Below are positions 16,799 to 26,368 of a stretch of DNA of 64,000 nucleotides, piece after piece. The notes below the pieces were generated by a model. The model ran no database searches. It was given only the letters and a program-made list of their open reading frames with translations, and was not told the DNA's origin. A program made the position numbers and the translations under genes. Source of the stretch: Oscillospiraceae bacterium (GTDB lineage Bacteria; Bacillota; Clostridia; Oscillospirales; Oscillospiraceae). Within the stretch, counting starts at the first letter, position 1, and every line of letters begins with the position of its first letter. Where the stretch lies: NCBI GenBank assembly GCA_902779945.1, contig CACZDN010000003.1, positions 16,549 to 80,548 of the forward strand. The letters run 5' to 3'.

Positions 16799-17374
16799 TC
16801 ACGGCTGCGGCGGCTTCGGGCCGCTGAGCTTTCTGGCGGGCACCCCGGCGACGGTGATCCCGGGCTCGAGAAAGCTCTTGTTCACCAGCGCGTGCGCGCC
16901 CACGGTGACGCCGTCGGCCAGCGTGACGCCGCCCATCACCGTGCAGCGCATCCCGAGCGTCACATGGTCCCCCAGCGTGGGCGCGAGATCGTTCACGTCG
17001 TCCCCGGCGAGGACGGCGTAGGGCATGAAGCGGCAGTATTCGCCCACCGAGGAATTGGGGTTCACCCCGCCGGTGTTGACGTGGGAGATATACAGCCCCT
17101 TGCCGCAGGTATTGGGCGGGAAGTACATACCGTAGCGCATCTGAAGCCGCGCGAGGCGCATGGAATAGAGCTTCGCGCGCAGGCGTCTGCCGGTGTTGAG
17201 ATAGTACTCGGTCTTGCGCAGCAGCACCGTATGCCGGCGCAGGATCGCGCCCTGGCTGAGCTGGAGGATATAGGGCAGGATGTGCCGGGCGGAGAGCGGG
17301 TAGCGCGCGGTCTCGATCGCCAGCCACTCGCGCAGCTGCTCCTTGGTATGGATGCGTTTTTCTTCAGGGATCAT
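16799..17374 (-). CDS. Left-handed beta-helix (hexapeptide) O-acetyltransferase, serine-acetyltransferase-like
   Basis: Hexapeptide repeats ..LGDHVTLGMRCTVMGGVTLADGVTVGAHALV. RBS GGAGG. Confidence 0.75.
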   Translation of the reverse strand: MIPEEKRIHTKEQLREWLAIETARYPLSARHILPYILQLSQGAILRRHTVLLRKTEYYLNTGRRLRAKLYSMRLARLQMRYGMYFPPNTCGKGLYISHVNTGGVNPNSSVGEYCRFMPYAVLAGDDVNDLAPTLGDHVTLGMRCTVMGGVTLADGVTVGAHALVNKSFLEPGITVAGVPARKLSGPKPPQP

Positions 17375-17413
17375 GGATATGCCTCCGGGTATCTTTTTCT
17401 TTGCGGGCGGCCG

Positions 17414-18865
17414 TCAGCCGTCCGCGCGGTAGTGGTGCCTTCCTTTTATGAGTGAGAGCGCATACAGCAGGCTCTCGTTTTTCCACAGGCGGTTGACGAC
17501 ATAGTAGACGACGGCGCCGAGGAGGATCTGACCCGACAGCTTGACGGGAAGCGGCAGCGGCAGACAGCCGAGGGCCCGGACCGCGCCCGCCATCAGCAGG
17601 GCGGACGCGAGGGACTTCCACACGTCGCGGAGCTGGTCGAGCGCCCCGTAGCCCAAAAGCTTTTTGAGCGGCAGGGAGGTCACGAGGGCGTCGAGCCAGG
17701 CGGAAAACACAAAGCCCGCCGCGATGGCAGACACCGTGCGAAAGCCCAGCACGCTCACGCCCAGCACCAGGAGCATCAGTACGCGGCGCAGGACCTCCTG
17801 CCTCGCGTAGAGGTCGCTGCGGCCGAGGGCCTTGAGGGCGACCAGATTGGAGCTTGTCAGCGGGACCTGGGCCTCGCCCACGCTCATGAGGATCAGAAAC
17901 GGCACCGCGGGCAGCCACTTCTCCGTCAGCACGGCGCGCACGATCGGCTCCGCCGCCGCGGCCATGCCGAACATGACCGGGAAGATGACAAAGCAGCCCA
18001 GCTTCTTGGTGCGGCGCAGGAGGGCCAGAAGCGCGTCAGGCTCGTCCTGCGAGCGGGAGAGCACCGGAAACATGACCGACTGGATCGCCGCGTCGAGATT
18101 GAGCGAGACGGTGCTGGCGAAGGTCTGGCCGCGGTTGAAGTAGCCCAGCTCCGCCGTCGAAAAACGCCTGCCGATGATGAGCGGGCGCAGGTTGTTGTAT
18201 ACGGTGGTGACGATGGAGGCGGCCAGCATCTTGAGGCCGAAGCCGTAGAGCCGCCTTGCGCTGTCGGCCGAGAAGCGCTCCCGCGGGAACCAGCGCAGCA
18301 CGCTCAGCATTGCGGCCGAGCTCACCGCGATCTGGGCGAAGAAATAGCCCACCAGCGCCCAGAGTCCCGCCCCCCGGAACGCGAGCCAGATGCCGAGTCC
18401 GCCGGCCAGCACCGTCGCCGTGAGGTTGCAGAACATCATCTCCCGAAAGCGCATCTCCCGCTGCATCCGGGCGACCTGGATGGAGTTGAAGGCGCTCAGC
18501 AGCAGGGAGAAGGAGAAAAAGCGCAGCGGGCGCAGAAGCTCCCCGCTCCGGAAATAACGGGCGATGGCGGGGGCCATGAGCTGCAAAAGCGCGATCATCA
18601 CGCAGGACAGGCCGAGGGTGATGAGGAAGACCGTGGAGTAGTCCCGCTCGTCCGCCTCGCGCGTCTGGACGAGGGCGGTGCTGAGCCCGCTGTCGATAAG
18701 CGTCAGCGACAGGTCGGTGAACACCGTCAGCAGCGCGACCTGCCCGAAGACCTCTGGCGCGAGCAGCCGCGCCAGCACGATGCTGATGACAAAGCCGATG
18801 CCCTTGACCGCGAAGCGCTCTGTGAACTTGTAAAGCAGGGAGCGGATGATCGTTTCCTTTTCCAT
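17414..18865 (-). CDS. wzx: MOP-superfamily polysaccharide flippase (Wzx-like)
   Basis: About 12-14 TM segments. N-terminus ..FAVKGIGFVISIVLARLLAPEVFG is typical of Wzx. ATG at 18865 (GGAG 6 nt upstream) preferred over GTG at 18871. Confidence 0.8.
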   Translation of the reverse strand: MEKETIIRSLLYKFTERFAVKGIGFVISIVLARLLAPEVFGQVALLTVFTDLSLTLIDSGLSTALVQTREADERDYSTVFLITLGLSCVMIALLQLMAPAIARYFRSGELLRPLRFFSFSLLLSAFNSIQVARMQREMRFREMMFCNLTATVLAGGLGIWLAFRGAGLWALVGYFFAQIAVSSAAMLSVLRWFPRERFSADSARRLYGFGLKMLAASIVTTVYNNLRPLIIGRRFSTAELGYFNRGQTFASTVSLNLDAAIQSVMFPVLSRSQDEPDALLALLRRTKKLGCFVIFPVMFGMAAAAEPIVRAVLTEKWLPAVPFLILMSVGEAQVPLTSSNLVALKALGRSDLYARQEVLRRVLMLLVLGVSVLGFRTVSAIAAGFVFSAWLDALVTSLPLKKLLGYGALDQLRDVWKSLASALLMAGAVRALGCLPLPLPVKLSGQILLGAVVYYVVNRLWKNESLLYALSLIKGRHHYRADG

Positions 18866-18867
18866 GC

Positions 18868-19884
18868 TCACCTCCGGTATACCCGGGTGCAGAAGAAGGC
18901 CAGCGCGTCATAGCGCCTTCGGTTCAAAAGCCCGACCGCGCGGCGGTTGAACGCCCTTCGCAGGCCCGCGGAGCCCCGGTAGCCGGTCTCGAGAAAGTCG
19001 CGATAGAATGCCGCGTCCCGGATGCTCGCGAGCGCGGCGTTCCGGTCCGCCCGGTCCGGGCAGGCACGGCAGATGCGTTTGAGCTCGACGACCAGGGTGT
19101 CGAGCAGGCCGTTGCGGTAGCGGGTGTAGTCCTCCTCCTCAAAGAAATCGAGGCGCCGCAGCCAGTCGTACACAAAGCTGTCGAGGGAGAAGTCTGCGCG
19201 GTAGCCGTCGAAGCGGACGCTGTGGGTGATGCTTGTATGGTTGTAGCGGTAGAGATAGAGCTCGTCCGGCAGAAACAGGAAGCTCCGGGCGTTCTCCAGG
19301 ATCTCCGTGCTCTGCAGAAGATCCTCGCCCCGGCTGACATGGAACCACGGGCTGAAATCCCGCCCGTCGAAGCAGGACGCCCGCGCGCACTTGCGCCAGA
19401 GGGCGTTGTAGCTGCTGTCGCTGAGGATGATGCCGACGACCTGCCGCCGGTCCGTGAGGAGCGTGCCGCAGAGGGGCCCGGGGTTTTTCGCGTGCAGGAC
19501 GCCGCCCGGCGCGTTGCAGCGGGCACCGTAGATCACGCAGTCCGCGCCGCTCTGCCGCAGCGTGTCGGCCAGGATGTCCAGGGCGCCGGGCAGGAGCGAA
19601 TCGTCGGAGTCGGCGAAGAGGAGGTATTCCCCTTTCGCCCGCGCAATGGCATAGCGCCGCGCGGACATGAGGCCGCCGTTTTCCTTGTGGAAGACGCGCA
19701 CGCGCGCATCCCGCGCGGCGTACCCGTCGCAGATCGCGCCGCTGCGATCCGTCGCGCCGTCGTCCACCACCACGAGCTCATAGTCCGTAAAGCCCTGCGA
19801 GAGAATGGAATCCAGGCAGGCGCCCACATAGAGCTCCACATTGTAGACGGGAATAAGAATGCTGAAAAAAGGCCGGTCCGACAA
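18868..19884 (-). CDS. Family 2 glycosyltransferase
   Basis: FSILIPVYNVELYV..CLDSILSQ...ELVVVDDGATD..., DSDD. Probable TTG start at 19884 with GAGAGGAGG upstream. Confidence 0.8.
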   Translation of the reverse strand: MSDRPFFSILIPVYNVELYVGACLDSILSQGFTDYELVVVDDGATDRSGAICDGYAARDARVRVFHKENGGLMSARRYAIARAKGEYLLFADSDDSLLPGALDILADTLRQSGADCVIYGARCNAPGGVLHAKNPGPLCGTLLTDRRQVVGIILSDSSYNALWRKCARASCFDGRDFSPWFHVSRGEDLLQSTEILENARSFLFLPDELYLYRYNHTSITHSVRFDGYRADFSLDSFVYDWLRRLDFFEEEDYTRYRNGLLDTLVVELKRICRACPDRADRNAALASIRDAAFYRDFLETGYRGSAGLRRAFNRRAVGLLNRRRYDALAFFCTRVYRR

Positions 19885-19960
19885 GACCCTCGCCTCCTCT
19901 CTACGATGCAGGTTTTTTCTCTCCCCCCGGAAGCGGGGAGGTGCCGAAGGCGGGGCTGTC

Positions 19961-20590
19961 TCAGGTCTTCGGCCTGCGCGCGACGCAGTGCATCTTGTGG
20001 TTCGGGCGCTCCTCGAAGAGGACAAACTCGAGTCCCGCGCGGCGGCAGAACGCCTCGACCTCTTTTCGAGAGTAATACTTCACGTCGCCCATGTCGTTCA
20101 GGATGTGCGTGAGGGGGATGCCGATATGGTTGGAGTACCACAAAAACCACCGGGAGCCGGTGTTGTCCCGCAGGATCAGCCGCCCGCCGGGGCGCAGCAC
20201 CCGAAATACGCTGTTGAAGAAGCTCTGCGGCGAGGGGTAGTGGTGGAAGCTGTGGGAGCAGATCACCGCGTCGAAGCTCTTTTCCGCGAAGGGGAGATTC
20301 TCGCAGTCGCCGACGAGAAATTCGACGCCCTCGAGTCCCCGGCCCTCTGCGACCTCGATCATCTTCGGCGTGAGGTCGAGCCCGGTGCAGCGCATCTCCG
20401 GATGCCGCTCATGCAGTGAGGCCAGAAGCGCCCCGCTGCCGCAGCCGCAGTCCAGCACGTCGACGGCGGGCTCCTTTTCCAGCTCCGCCAGGATCTCCGG
20501 GTAGTCCGCGCTCACGGTCACAAAGCGGCTGTCATAGGTCTCCGCCTCACCGGTAAACTGCGCGATCGTCTTTTTCTTATACTGATACAT
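19961..20590 (-). CDS. Class I SAM-dependent methyltransferase
   Basis: Motif I VLDCGCGSGAL; ..FDAVICSHSFHH...LRPGGRLIL. Confidence 0.85.
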   Translation of the reverse strand: MYQYKKKTIAQFTGEAETYDSRFVTVSADYPEILAELEKEPAVDVLDCGCGSGALLASLHERHPEMRCTGLDLTPKMIEVAEGRGLEGVEFLVGDCENLPFAEKSFDAVICSHSFHHYPSPQSFFNSVFRVLRPGGRLILRDNTGSRWFLWYSNHIGIPLTHILNDMGDVKYYSRKEVEAFCRRAGLEFVLFEERPNHKMHCVARRPKT

Positions 20591-20632
20591 GGTCGATTCT
20601 CCCTGTTGTTGTATCGTCGTGATTGCTGTGGT

Positions 20633-21715
20633 TCAGCCCTCTTCCCCAATCAGCGCATACACGTAATCGCGCCATCGGGCGAATACCGCCTCGGGTCTGA
20701 ACGCCTCCGCCGTCTCGCGGGCTTTTTTTGCGAGAGCTTCGCGTTTCGCTTCATCATGCAGAAGCGCCGCCATCGCCGCGGTCAGGGCCCTCTCGTTCCC
20801 GACCGGGACTAGGACGCCGTTCTCGCCGCTCACGATCACCGACGCGGGGCCGCCGCAGGGGCAGTCCGCGGCGATGCAGGGCAGCCCGAGAGCCATGGCC
20901 TCGAGCAGGGCGTTCGGCATCCCCTCGTAATCCGAGGGCAGGACGAAGAGCTTTGCCCCCTTGATCGCGCCGGGGATGTCTCCGCACTGTCCGGGCAGGC
21001 TGACCCGGTCTTCAATCCCGAGCGTCCGGGCCAGCGCTTCCAGCTTCTCGCGCAGCGGCCCCTCGCCGTAGATCGTGAGGGGATCGCCGGTCTCGCCCAG
21101 CGCGGCGTATGCGCGCAGCAGCAGGGCGTGGTTTTTCTGTTCGTTCAGCCGCCCGACGGCCACGACGCCGCGATGCTCCGAAGCCGGCGGCTCGTCAAAA
21201 AACGCGGGGGCGACCTGGTTCATGATGACGGCGGATTTTTTTTGCAGCTTTTCGGGAAACCAGGCGCGCGCGTCCTCGGTCTGGAAGACGCAGCCGTCCG
21301 CCAGCGGCAGCAGACGCTGCCCCACAAAGCGCATGGCCCGGCCCGCGTATTCCTTTTCCGGCTGGTTGCGCACCGAGACCAGCAGCTTCACGGAAAGCCC
21401 CCGCGTCGCGAGCACGGCGCGCATACAGGGCGCGGGCATGAAGGCGATGAGCGCCGCGGGAGCGTATTGACGGCAGAGCCGCCGGAGCTTCCGAATGCGC
21501 CCCAGGTTCTGCGCCGGCGAGGGGTGGATGCGCATCTCGTCCTCGAGGTTGAGGCGCAGCACCGAAGGCGGCACGGGATACTCGTCCGGGGCGGGATAGC
21601 TCGTCACCAGGACGCTGCGCCAGCCCTCCGCCGCGAAGCGGGACGCAAGCTCGAGCATGACGCGCTCGGCCCCGCCGCGGCGCAGGGAGTTGATGTAAAA
21701 GAGCAGGGTTTTCAT
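20633..21715 (-). CDS. GT4 (GT-B fold) glycosyltransferase
   Basis: N-terminus INSLRRGGAERV. C-terminal E..G.P..EAMA.G.P motif (YEGMPNALLEAMALGLPCIA). ATGA overlap with the upstream gene. Confidence 0.85.
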   Translation of the reverse strand: MKTLLFYINSLRRGGAERVMLELASRFAAEGWRSVLVTSYPAPDEYPVPPSVLRLNLEDEMRIHPSPAQNLGRIRKLRRLCRQYAPAALIAFMPAPCMRAVLATRGLSVKLLVSVRNQPEKEYAGRAMRFVGQRLLPLADGCVFQTEDARAWFPEKLQKKSAVIMNQVAPAFFDEPPASEHRGVVAVGRLNEQKNHALLLRAYAALGETGDPLTIYGEGPLREKLEALARTLGIEDRVSLPGQCGDIPGAIKGAKLFVLPSDYEGMPNALLEAMALGLPCIAADCPCGGPASVIVSGENGVLVPVGNERALTAAMAALLHDEAKREALAKKARETAEAFRPEAVFARWRDYVYALIGEEG

Positions 21716-22821
21716 CGGCCGGCCTCCGCTTCGTTCCAGAGTCGCGTGTAGAGCTCGGTGAGCTTTCGCGCACTGTCGCGGATGTCGAAGCCCGCCGCCC
21801 GGATCGCCTTGGACGCGTCCATGCGGGGACGGCGCCTGCACAGCGCGTCCGCCCAGAGCTCCGGATCGCCGAGGGGCAGGTACTCCACCAGCGGGGAAAC
21901 GTCCACCTCTCTTGTGATCGTGTCGGACAGGACACAGGGCAGGCCCGCCGCCTGCGCCTCCACCACGGTCATGGGCAGCCCCTCCCAGAGCGAGGGAAAC
22001 GCGAACACATCCATGGCGTTCAAAAGCTCGGGCACGTCGTCCCGGTTGCCGGTCATGATGACCTTTTCGGCCACGCCGAGGGCGACGGCCTTCTCCGCCA
22101 TGGCCTGCTGCAGAGGCCCCACGCCCACAAGCAGCAGCACGGCATTCGGCTCCCGCTCGTGTACCTTCTGAAAGACGTCGAGCAGGAACGTGTGATTTTT
22201 CACGTCCCGGAAGCGGCCAACGTTGCCGATCACGAGGCGCCCCTCGATCCCCAGCTCGCGCCGGTACTTTTCACGCACGTCCGCCGTGAGAGCGAAGCGG
22301 CTCGTGTCGATGCCGTTCGGCAGGAGGACGAAGCGCGCGCTTTCGCAGGCGCGCTTGCCGTAGAGCCATTCGCCGGAGCCCCGGGAGCAGGCCATCAGGA
22401 TATCGGCCTGACTGCGCAGCGGGAGCTGGAGCACGGCCTTGACCGCGCCCTGTACGCCGCTGCCGGAGTTGGTGGAGTGGCTGTGGATGATGGTCTTGAG
22501 CCCGTGCTTTTTCGCCACCGGCAGATACAGCGAGGCGTAGCTGCGCGAGTGGGAATGGAGGACGCGGTACTCGGGATGAGTATAGAAAAAGTTGTTCCAG
22601 TCACGCCGGATCTCCCCGGCGTTGGTGCCGTGAAAGCCCGCCAGGGTGTAGACCCTGCCGCCCATGCGCTCGATCTCCGGGGCAAACCAGGTCTCCCCCG
22701 GGTGGTCGATGATAAAGTCGAACTGGAGCCTGTCGCGGTCGATATTGCGGTAGATGTTCATCATCATGGTCTGCGAGCCGCCCACGTCCAGACTCGCGAT
22801 CATGTGCAGCACGCGGATCAT
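21712..22821 (-). CDS. GT4 glycosyltransferase
   Basis: MIASLDVGGSQTMM... and WEGLPMTVVEAQAAGLPCVLSD. ATGA overlaps on both sides. Confidence 0.85.
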   Translation of the reverse strand: MIRVLHMIASLDVGGSQTMMMNIYRNIDRDRLQFDFIIDHPGETWFAPEIERMGGRVYTLAGFHGTNAGEIRRDWNNFFYTHPEYRVLHSHSRSYASLYLPVAKKHGLKTIIHSHSTNSGSGVQGAVKAVLQLPLRSQADILMACSRGSGEWLYGKRACESARFVLLPNGIDTSRFALTADVREKYRRELGIEGRLVIGNVGRFRDVKNHTFLLDVFQKVHEREPNAVLLLVGVGPLQQAMAEKAVALGVAEKVIMTGNRDDVPELLNAMDVFAFPSLWEGLPMTVVEAQAAGLPCVLSDTITREVDVSPLVEYLPLGDPELWADALCRRRPRMDASKAIRAAGFDIRDSARKLTELYTRLWNEAEAGR

Positions 22822-23381
22822 GACTTCGCCTCCCGGAGCTCGATCACGGTCTCGCGTTTCTGCGTGACGATGCTGTTCGGCGGGATCGTGCCGCGCACGA
22901 CGGTGTTTGCGCCGATGACGCAGTTGTCGCCGATGGTGGTCCCGCGCAGGATGACGCAGTTTGCCCCGATCCAGACGTTGCTGCCGATGACGACGGGGGT
23001 CGTGCGATATTGCATCGCCGCCGTGCCGCCCTCAGCCCGGTAGTCGTGGTCGTGGTCGTAGATCTGGACGTTCGGGGAGAGCAGGACGTTGTCGCCCAGG
23101 GTGACGCTCTCCTGGCAGGCCAGCATGTTGTTCGTATTGAGCGAGACGTTTTTGCCGATGCGGCAGACCGCCCCTCTGCGCACGCGGAGGATGGCCCCGG
23201 CGCGCATCTTGAAACCGGGGCCGATGGAGAGCTCCGCCCCCCGGTCGACGGTGAGCTCCGTATACGGGGAGACCTGGCAGAGCAGGGGGCCGGTGAATTT
23301 TGCCCCGTGCAGGAGCTTCAAAAGGCCCATTTTGAGAGCGCCCGCCGGATAGACCCCGAGGGCGCGGATGTACTTGTTCAC
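22818..23381 (-). CDS. Hexapeptide-repeat acyl/acetyltransferase (WcaF/Mac-like)
   Basis: VVIGSNVWIGANCVILRGTTIGDNCVIGANTVV. GTG start overlapping the upstream stop (GTGA). Confidence 0.8.
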   Translation of the reverse strand: MNKYIRALGVYPAGALKMGLLKLLHGAKFTGPLLCQVSPYTELTVDRGAELSIGPGFKMRAGAILRVRRGAVCRIGKNVSLNTNNMLACQESVTLGDNVLLSPNVQIYDHDHDYRAEGGTAAMQYRTTPVVIGSNVWIGANCVILRGTTIGDNCVIGANTVVRGTIPPNSIVTQKRETVIELREAKS

Positions 23382-24475
23382 GCTTCGACCTCCCGAAGAT
23401 AGGCGCGGATGACGATCTCGCGGTCAAACTCCCGCGCAGCCTTTTCATGGCCCATGCGTCCCATGCGCTCCCGCTCCTCCTTTGAGAGAGCCAGGAAGCG
23501 CTCGACCTTTTCGATGAGCGAGGCGCTGCTGCGGGGCTCGAAGAGATAGCCCGTCACGCCGTCCTCCACCGCATCGCGGGAGCCGGGCACGTCCGACACG
23601 ATGCAGGCCCTGCCCGCCGCGGCGGATTCCAGCACCGCGTTCGGCACCCCCTCACCCCCGTGGGAGGGCAGCAGCGTGCAGTGGCAGCGGCGTATCCACG
23701 CGTCCACGTCCTTCTGAAAGCCGAGGTATTCGATATAGCCTCCGGCCTGGTAGTCCTCGAGCTTTTTGCGGTACTCCTCCTGCTCGATCCAGCCCGCGAG
23801 ATAAAACCGGGTCTCCGGGTGCCTCCTGCGGACGGCCGCGGCGCAGTCCAAAAGCTGGTCGATGCCCTTGACGCCCATGATGCGCCCGACGTAGAGAAAG
23901 CGGATCTCCCCGTCGTCCGGCATGGGGGTGAAGACGTGCTGCGTCAGGTTCACGCCCGAGCCGGGGATCAGCGCCCAGTTGTCCCTGACGATGCCGTGGC
24001 GGACGAAGTAGTCCCGGTCGTCGGCGTTCTGGAAAAAGACCTTGTAGGCGTTTCTGATCGACGCGCGGTAGAGGGCGCGCACGGTCGCGGCCAGCAGATT
24101 GTCATAGGCCAGGGCGTTGCCGCGGCCCGTGATGTTGCAGACCTGCCTGTACCCCAGGGCGTTCGAAGCCATGGAGCCGTAGATGTCGGGCTTGGAGGTG
24201 TAGCTGAAAATCACGTCGGGCTCCACCTCCCGCATGATGCGCCTGTACCGGCGCAGGAGCTTCAGGTCCTCGATCGGGTTGAGGCCGCGGCGGGACATGG
24301 GCGTGTCGATGATCTCGCAGCCGAGGGCGCGGAAGTATTCGTTCTGCTCGTCCGCGGGCATGGAGAGGACCACCCGGTGCCCGTGCTCCAGAAGCCGCTC
24401 AATGAGCTCCCGGCGGAAGGCGTAGAGGGTGATGAAGTGATTGGAGAGAAAGAGGACGGTCTCAGCGCTTTTCAT
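23378..24475 (-). CDS. GT4 glycosyltransferase
   Basis: N-terminus VLFLSNHFITLYAFRRELI and C-terminal GGEGVPNAVLESAAAGRACIVSD. ATG at 24475. Confidence 0.85.
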   Translation of the reverse strand: MKSAETVLFLSNHFITLYAFRRELIERLLEHGHRVVLSMPADEQNEYFRALGCEIIDTPMSRRGLNPIEDLKLLRRYRRIMREVEPDVIFSYTSKPDIYGSMASNALGYRQVCNITGRGNALAYDNLLAATVRALYRASIRNAYKVFFQNADDRDYFVRHGIVRDNWALIPGSGVNLTQHVFTPMPDDGEIRFLYVGRIMGVKGIDQLLDCAAAVRRRHPETRFYLAGWIEQEEYRKKLEDYQAGGYIEYLGFQKDVDAWIRRCHCTLLPSHGGEGVPNAVLESAAAGRACIVSDVPGSRDAVEDGVTGYLFEPRSSASLIEKVERFLALSKEERERMGRMGHEKAAREFDREIVIRAYLREVEA

Positions 24476-25352
24476 GCAGATACTCCTCCACCTCGCGCCG
24501 CAGGCCGGTCTCGAAGAGCTCCGGCTCGAAGCCGAAGTCGCGCGTTGCCTTCTCGTGGCTGAAGCTGCGGTCCTCGCCGAGGCGCAGCACCTTTTCCACA
24601 TAGTCGACCCGGCCGCCCGTCAGCGCCCGGACGCCCCGGGCCCCCAGCACGCCGGCGGCCATCGGCACGCTCACGAAGCGGGTCTTTTTGCCGAGGTAGA
24701 TGCCGATGAGCGAGCAGAGCTCGCGCACGGTAAGCCGCCGCGACCCGGAGCAGATATAGTCGGGCTCCGGCAGGCTGTCCTTCATGATGCACTGGTAATA
24801 TGCCCGGCCGAGGTCGCGGGCGTTGACCGGCTGGATAAAGGCGCGGCCCCCGTCGATCTGCGGCATGACGGGAAAACGGTCCACCATGCGGATGAAATTG
24901 TGGAACTGCCGGTCGCACAGGTCGCCGAAGATGATGGTCGGGCGCAGGATGGTGACGTTCAGCCCGCGGTCGAGATACGGCTGCATCTTCGCCTCGATGT
25001 CCTTGTATTCGTCGCTCGCCATGCGGTGCTTCGAGTAAATGCCGGTGGTGTGCACGAGCACAATGTGCCCCGTCACCCCGGCGCGCGAAGCCGCCTCCAG
25101 CAGGGGGAGCGTCGCCCGGATGCCCGCGATATGCAGCACGCGGTCCGCCCCGTCCACGAGGCGGAAGAGATCTTCGGGATCGCGCAGGTCCCCCACGAGC
25201 TTTTCCACGCGCAGGCCTGAGGCGTCCAGCGGCGAGGTATCGGAGCTCTCGCGCACGAGCGCGCGCAGCGTCCCGTCAAAGCCGCCGCGCTGCAGCTCCC
25301 GCAGAAAATAGCGCCCGGTGTGCGCGGTAATGCCGGTGACCGCAAGAATCAT
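24462..25352 (-). CDS. NAD(P)-dependent epimerase/dehydratase-family (SDR) protein
   Basis: N-terminal Rossmann motif ILAVTGITAHTGRY. RBS AGGAG before the ATG at 25352. Confidence 0.7.
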   Translation of the reverse strand: MILAVTGITAHTGRYFLRELQRGGFDGTLRALVRESSDTSPLDASGLRVEKLVGDLRDPEDLFRLVDGADRVLHIAGIRATLPLLEAASRAGVTGHIVLVHTTGIYSKHRMASDEYKDIEAKMQPYLDRGLNVTILRPTIIFGDLCDRQFHNFIRMVDRFPVMPQIDGGRAFIQPVNARDLGRAYYQCIMKDSLPEPDYICSGSRRLTVRELCSLIGIYLGKKTRFVSVPMAAGVLGARGVRALTGGRVDYVEKVLRLGEDRSFSHEKATRDFGFEPELFETGLRREVEEYLHEKR

Positions 25353-25389
25353 AGCCCGATCTCCTTTTTGAAAGACAAAGTTTCTATAT

Positions 25390-25418
25390 AGTATAGCATA
25401 TACGCGAATGCTTGACAA
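25390..25418 (-). promoter_or_regulatory. Internal promoter of the glycan locus (upstream of the epimerase gene)
   Basis: Minus strand reads TTGTCA, 17-nt spacer, TATACT. Confidence 0.55.
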
Positions 25419-25471
25419 CCGCTTTGCCGCGCGGACGCACGGGAGTTTCATAAAAATGCCATCGGGGCTTT

Positions 25472-26368
25472 TTATGAAACGACCGTGCCCGCCGCCTGCG
25501 TCAGGGTGAGGTACACCGTCGCCATGCCGAGGATCGCGAGGTGCAGGGGGTAGATCGCGTAGAAGGCGAGCTTGAGCGGGCGGCCCTGCCTGCCGTTATA
25601 CAGCAGGATCGGCACGAGCGACAGGGCCGCGGCGATGAAATGCGACACGGGATGCGGGTCGACGATGTACTCCACCGCACACCAGAGCAGGATCACGCCC
25701 GCCTGGGAGAAGCGGTTGCCGCGCGCAAGCCAGATCGACACGATCAGCGCCACGCCGAGGGTGCGGTAGTCCGCATTGTCCCGAACGAGGAAGAACACCC
25801 CGAAGAGGGCGAGGGCCTGCATCAGAAGCTTGACCGTGTCCCGCTGCGGGCTGAGCGCCCCGTCCAGCACCGCGACGACGCAGAGCCCGAGAGAGAGGGT
25901 GTAGAAGACGTTCAGCTCGTCGCTGAAGATCCGGATGCCGGCGTACTCCACGCGCAAAACTGCCGCGGTCAGCGCCAGCAGGACGAGCAGCACGCTCCAG
26001 TCCTTTCGCACGGTGCAGTACCACGCGGCGCAGGCCACGAAGATGAAGATCGCGCACACGAACCAGCGCGCCCCGAGACCGACGACGAGGCCGTTGTCCC
26101 TCGGGTAGAGGGCAGCGTCGCTCGCCAGGACCCAGGGGACCTGGGAGACGAAGGCAAAGGCCACAAGCCGCGTGAGATAGCGCCTGACGTCCCGGGTCTT
26201 CCCGTAGCCGTTGACGATCAGGAAGGCGTAAATCGGAAAGGCCAGCCGCCCGGCGGCGCGCAGCCACTCATAGGTCTGCGCGTCCGTAAAGCGCGGGTAG
26301 AGAAAGACCGCGGTGTGGTCCACAAGCATGGACGCGAGGGCCAGCAGCTTCATGAGCAGTACAGTCAA
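25472..26368 (-). CDS. TraX-family integral membrane protein
   Basis: MKLLALASMLVDHTAVFL signature plus multi-TM profile. TTG at 26368 with GGAGGA 7 nt upstream (alternative ATG at 26353). Confidence 0.75.
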   Translation of the reverse strand: MTVLLMKLLALASMLVDHTAVFLYPRFTDAQTYEWLRAAGRLAFPIYAFLIVNGYGKTRDVRRYLTRLVAFAFVSQVPWVLASDAALYPRDNGLVVGLGARWFVCAIFIFVACAAWYCTVRKDWSVLLVLLALTAAVLRVEYAGIRIFSDELNVFYTLSLGLCVVAVLDGALSPQRDTVKLLMQALALFGVFFLVRDNADYRTLGVALIVSIWLARGNRFSQAGVILLWCAVEYIVDPHPVSHFIAAALSLVPILLYNGRQGRPLKLAFYAIYPLHLAILGMATVYLTLTQAAGTVVS

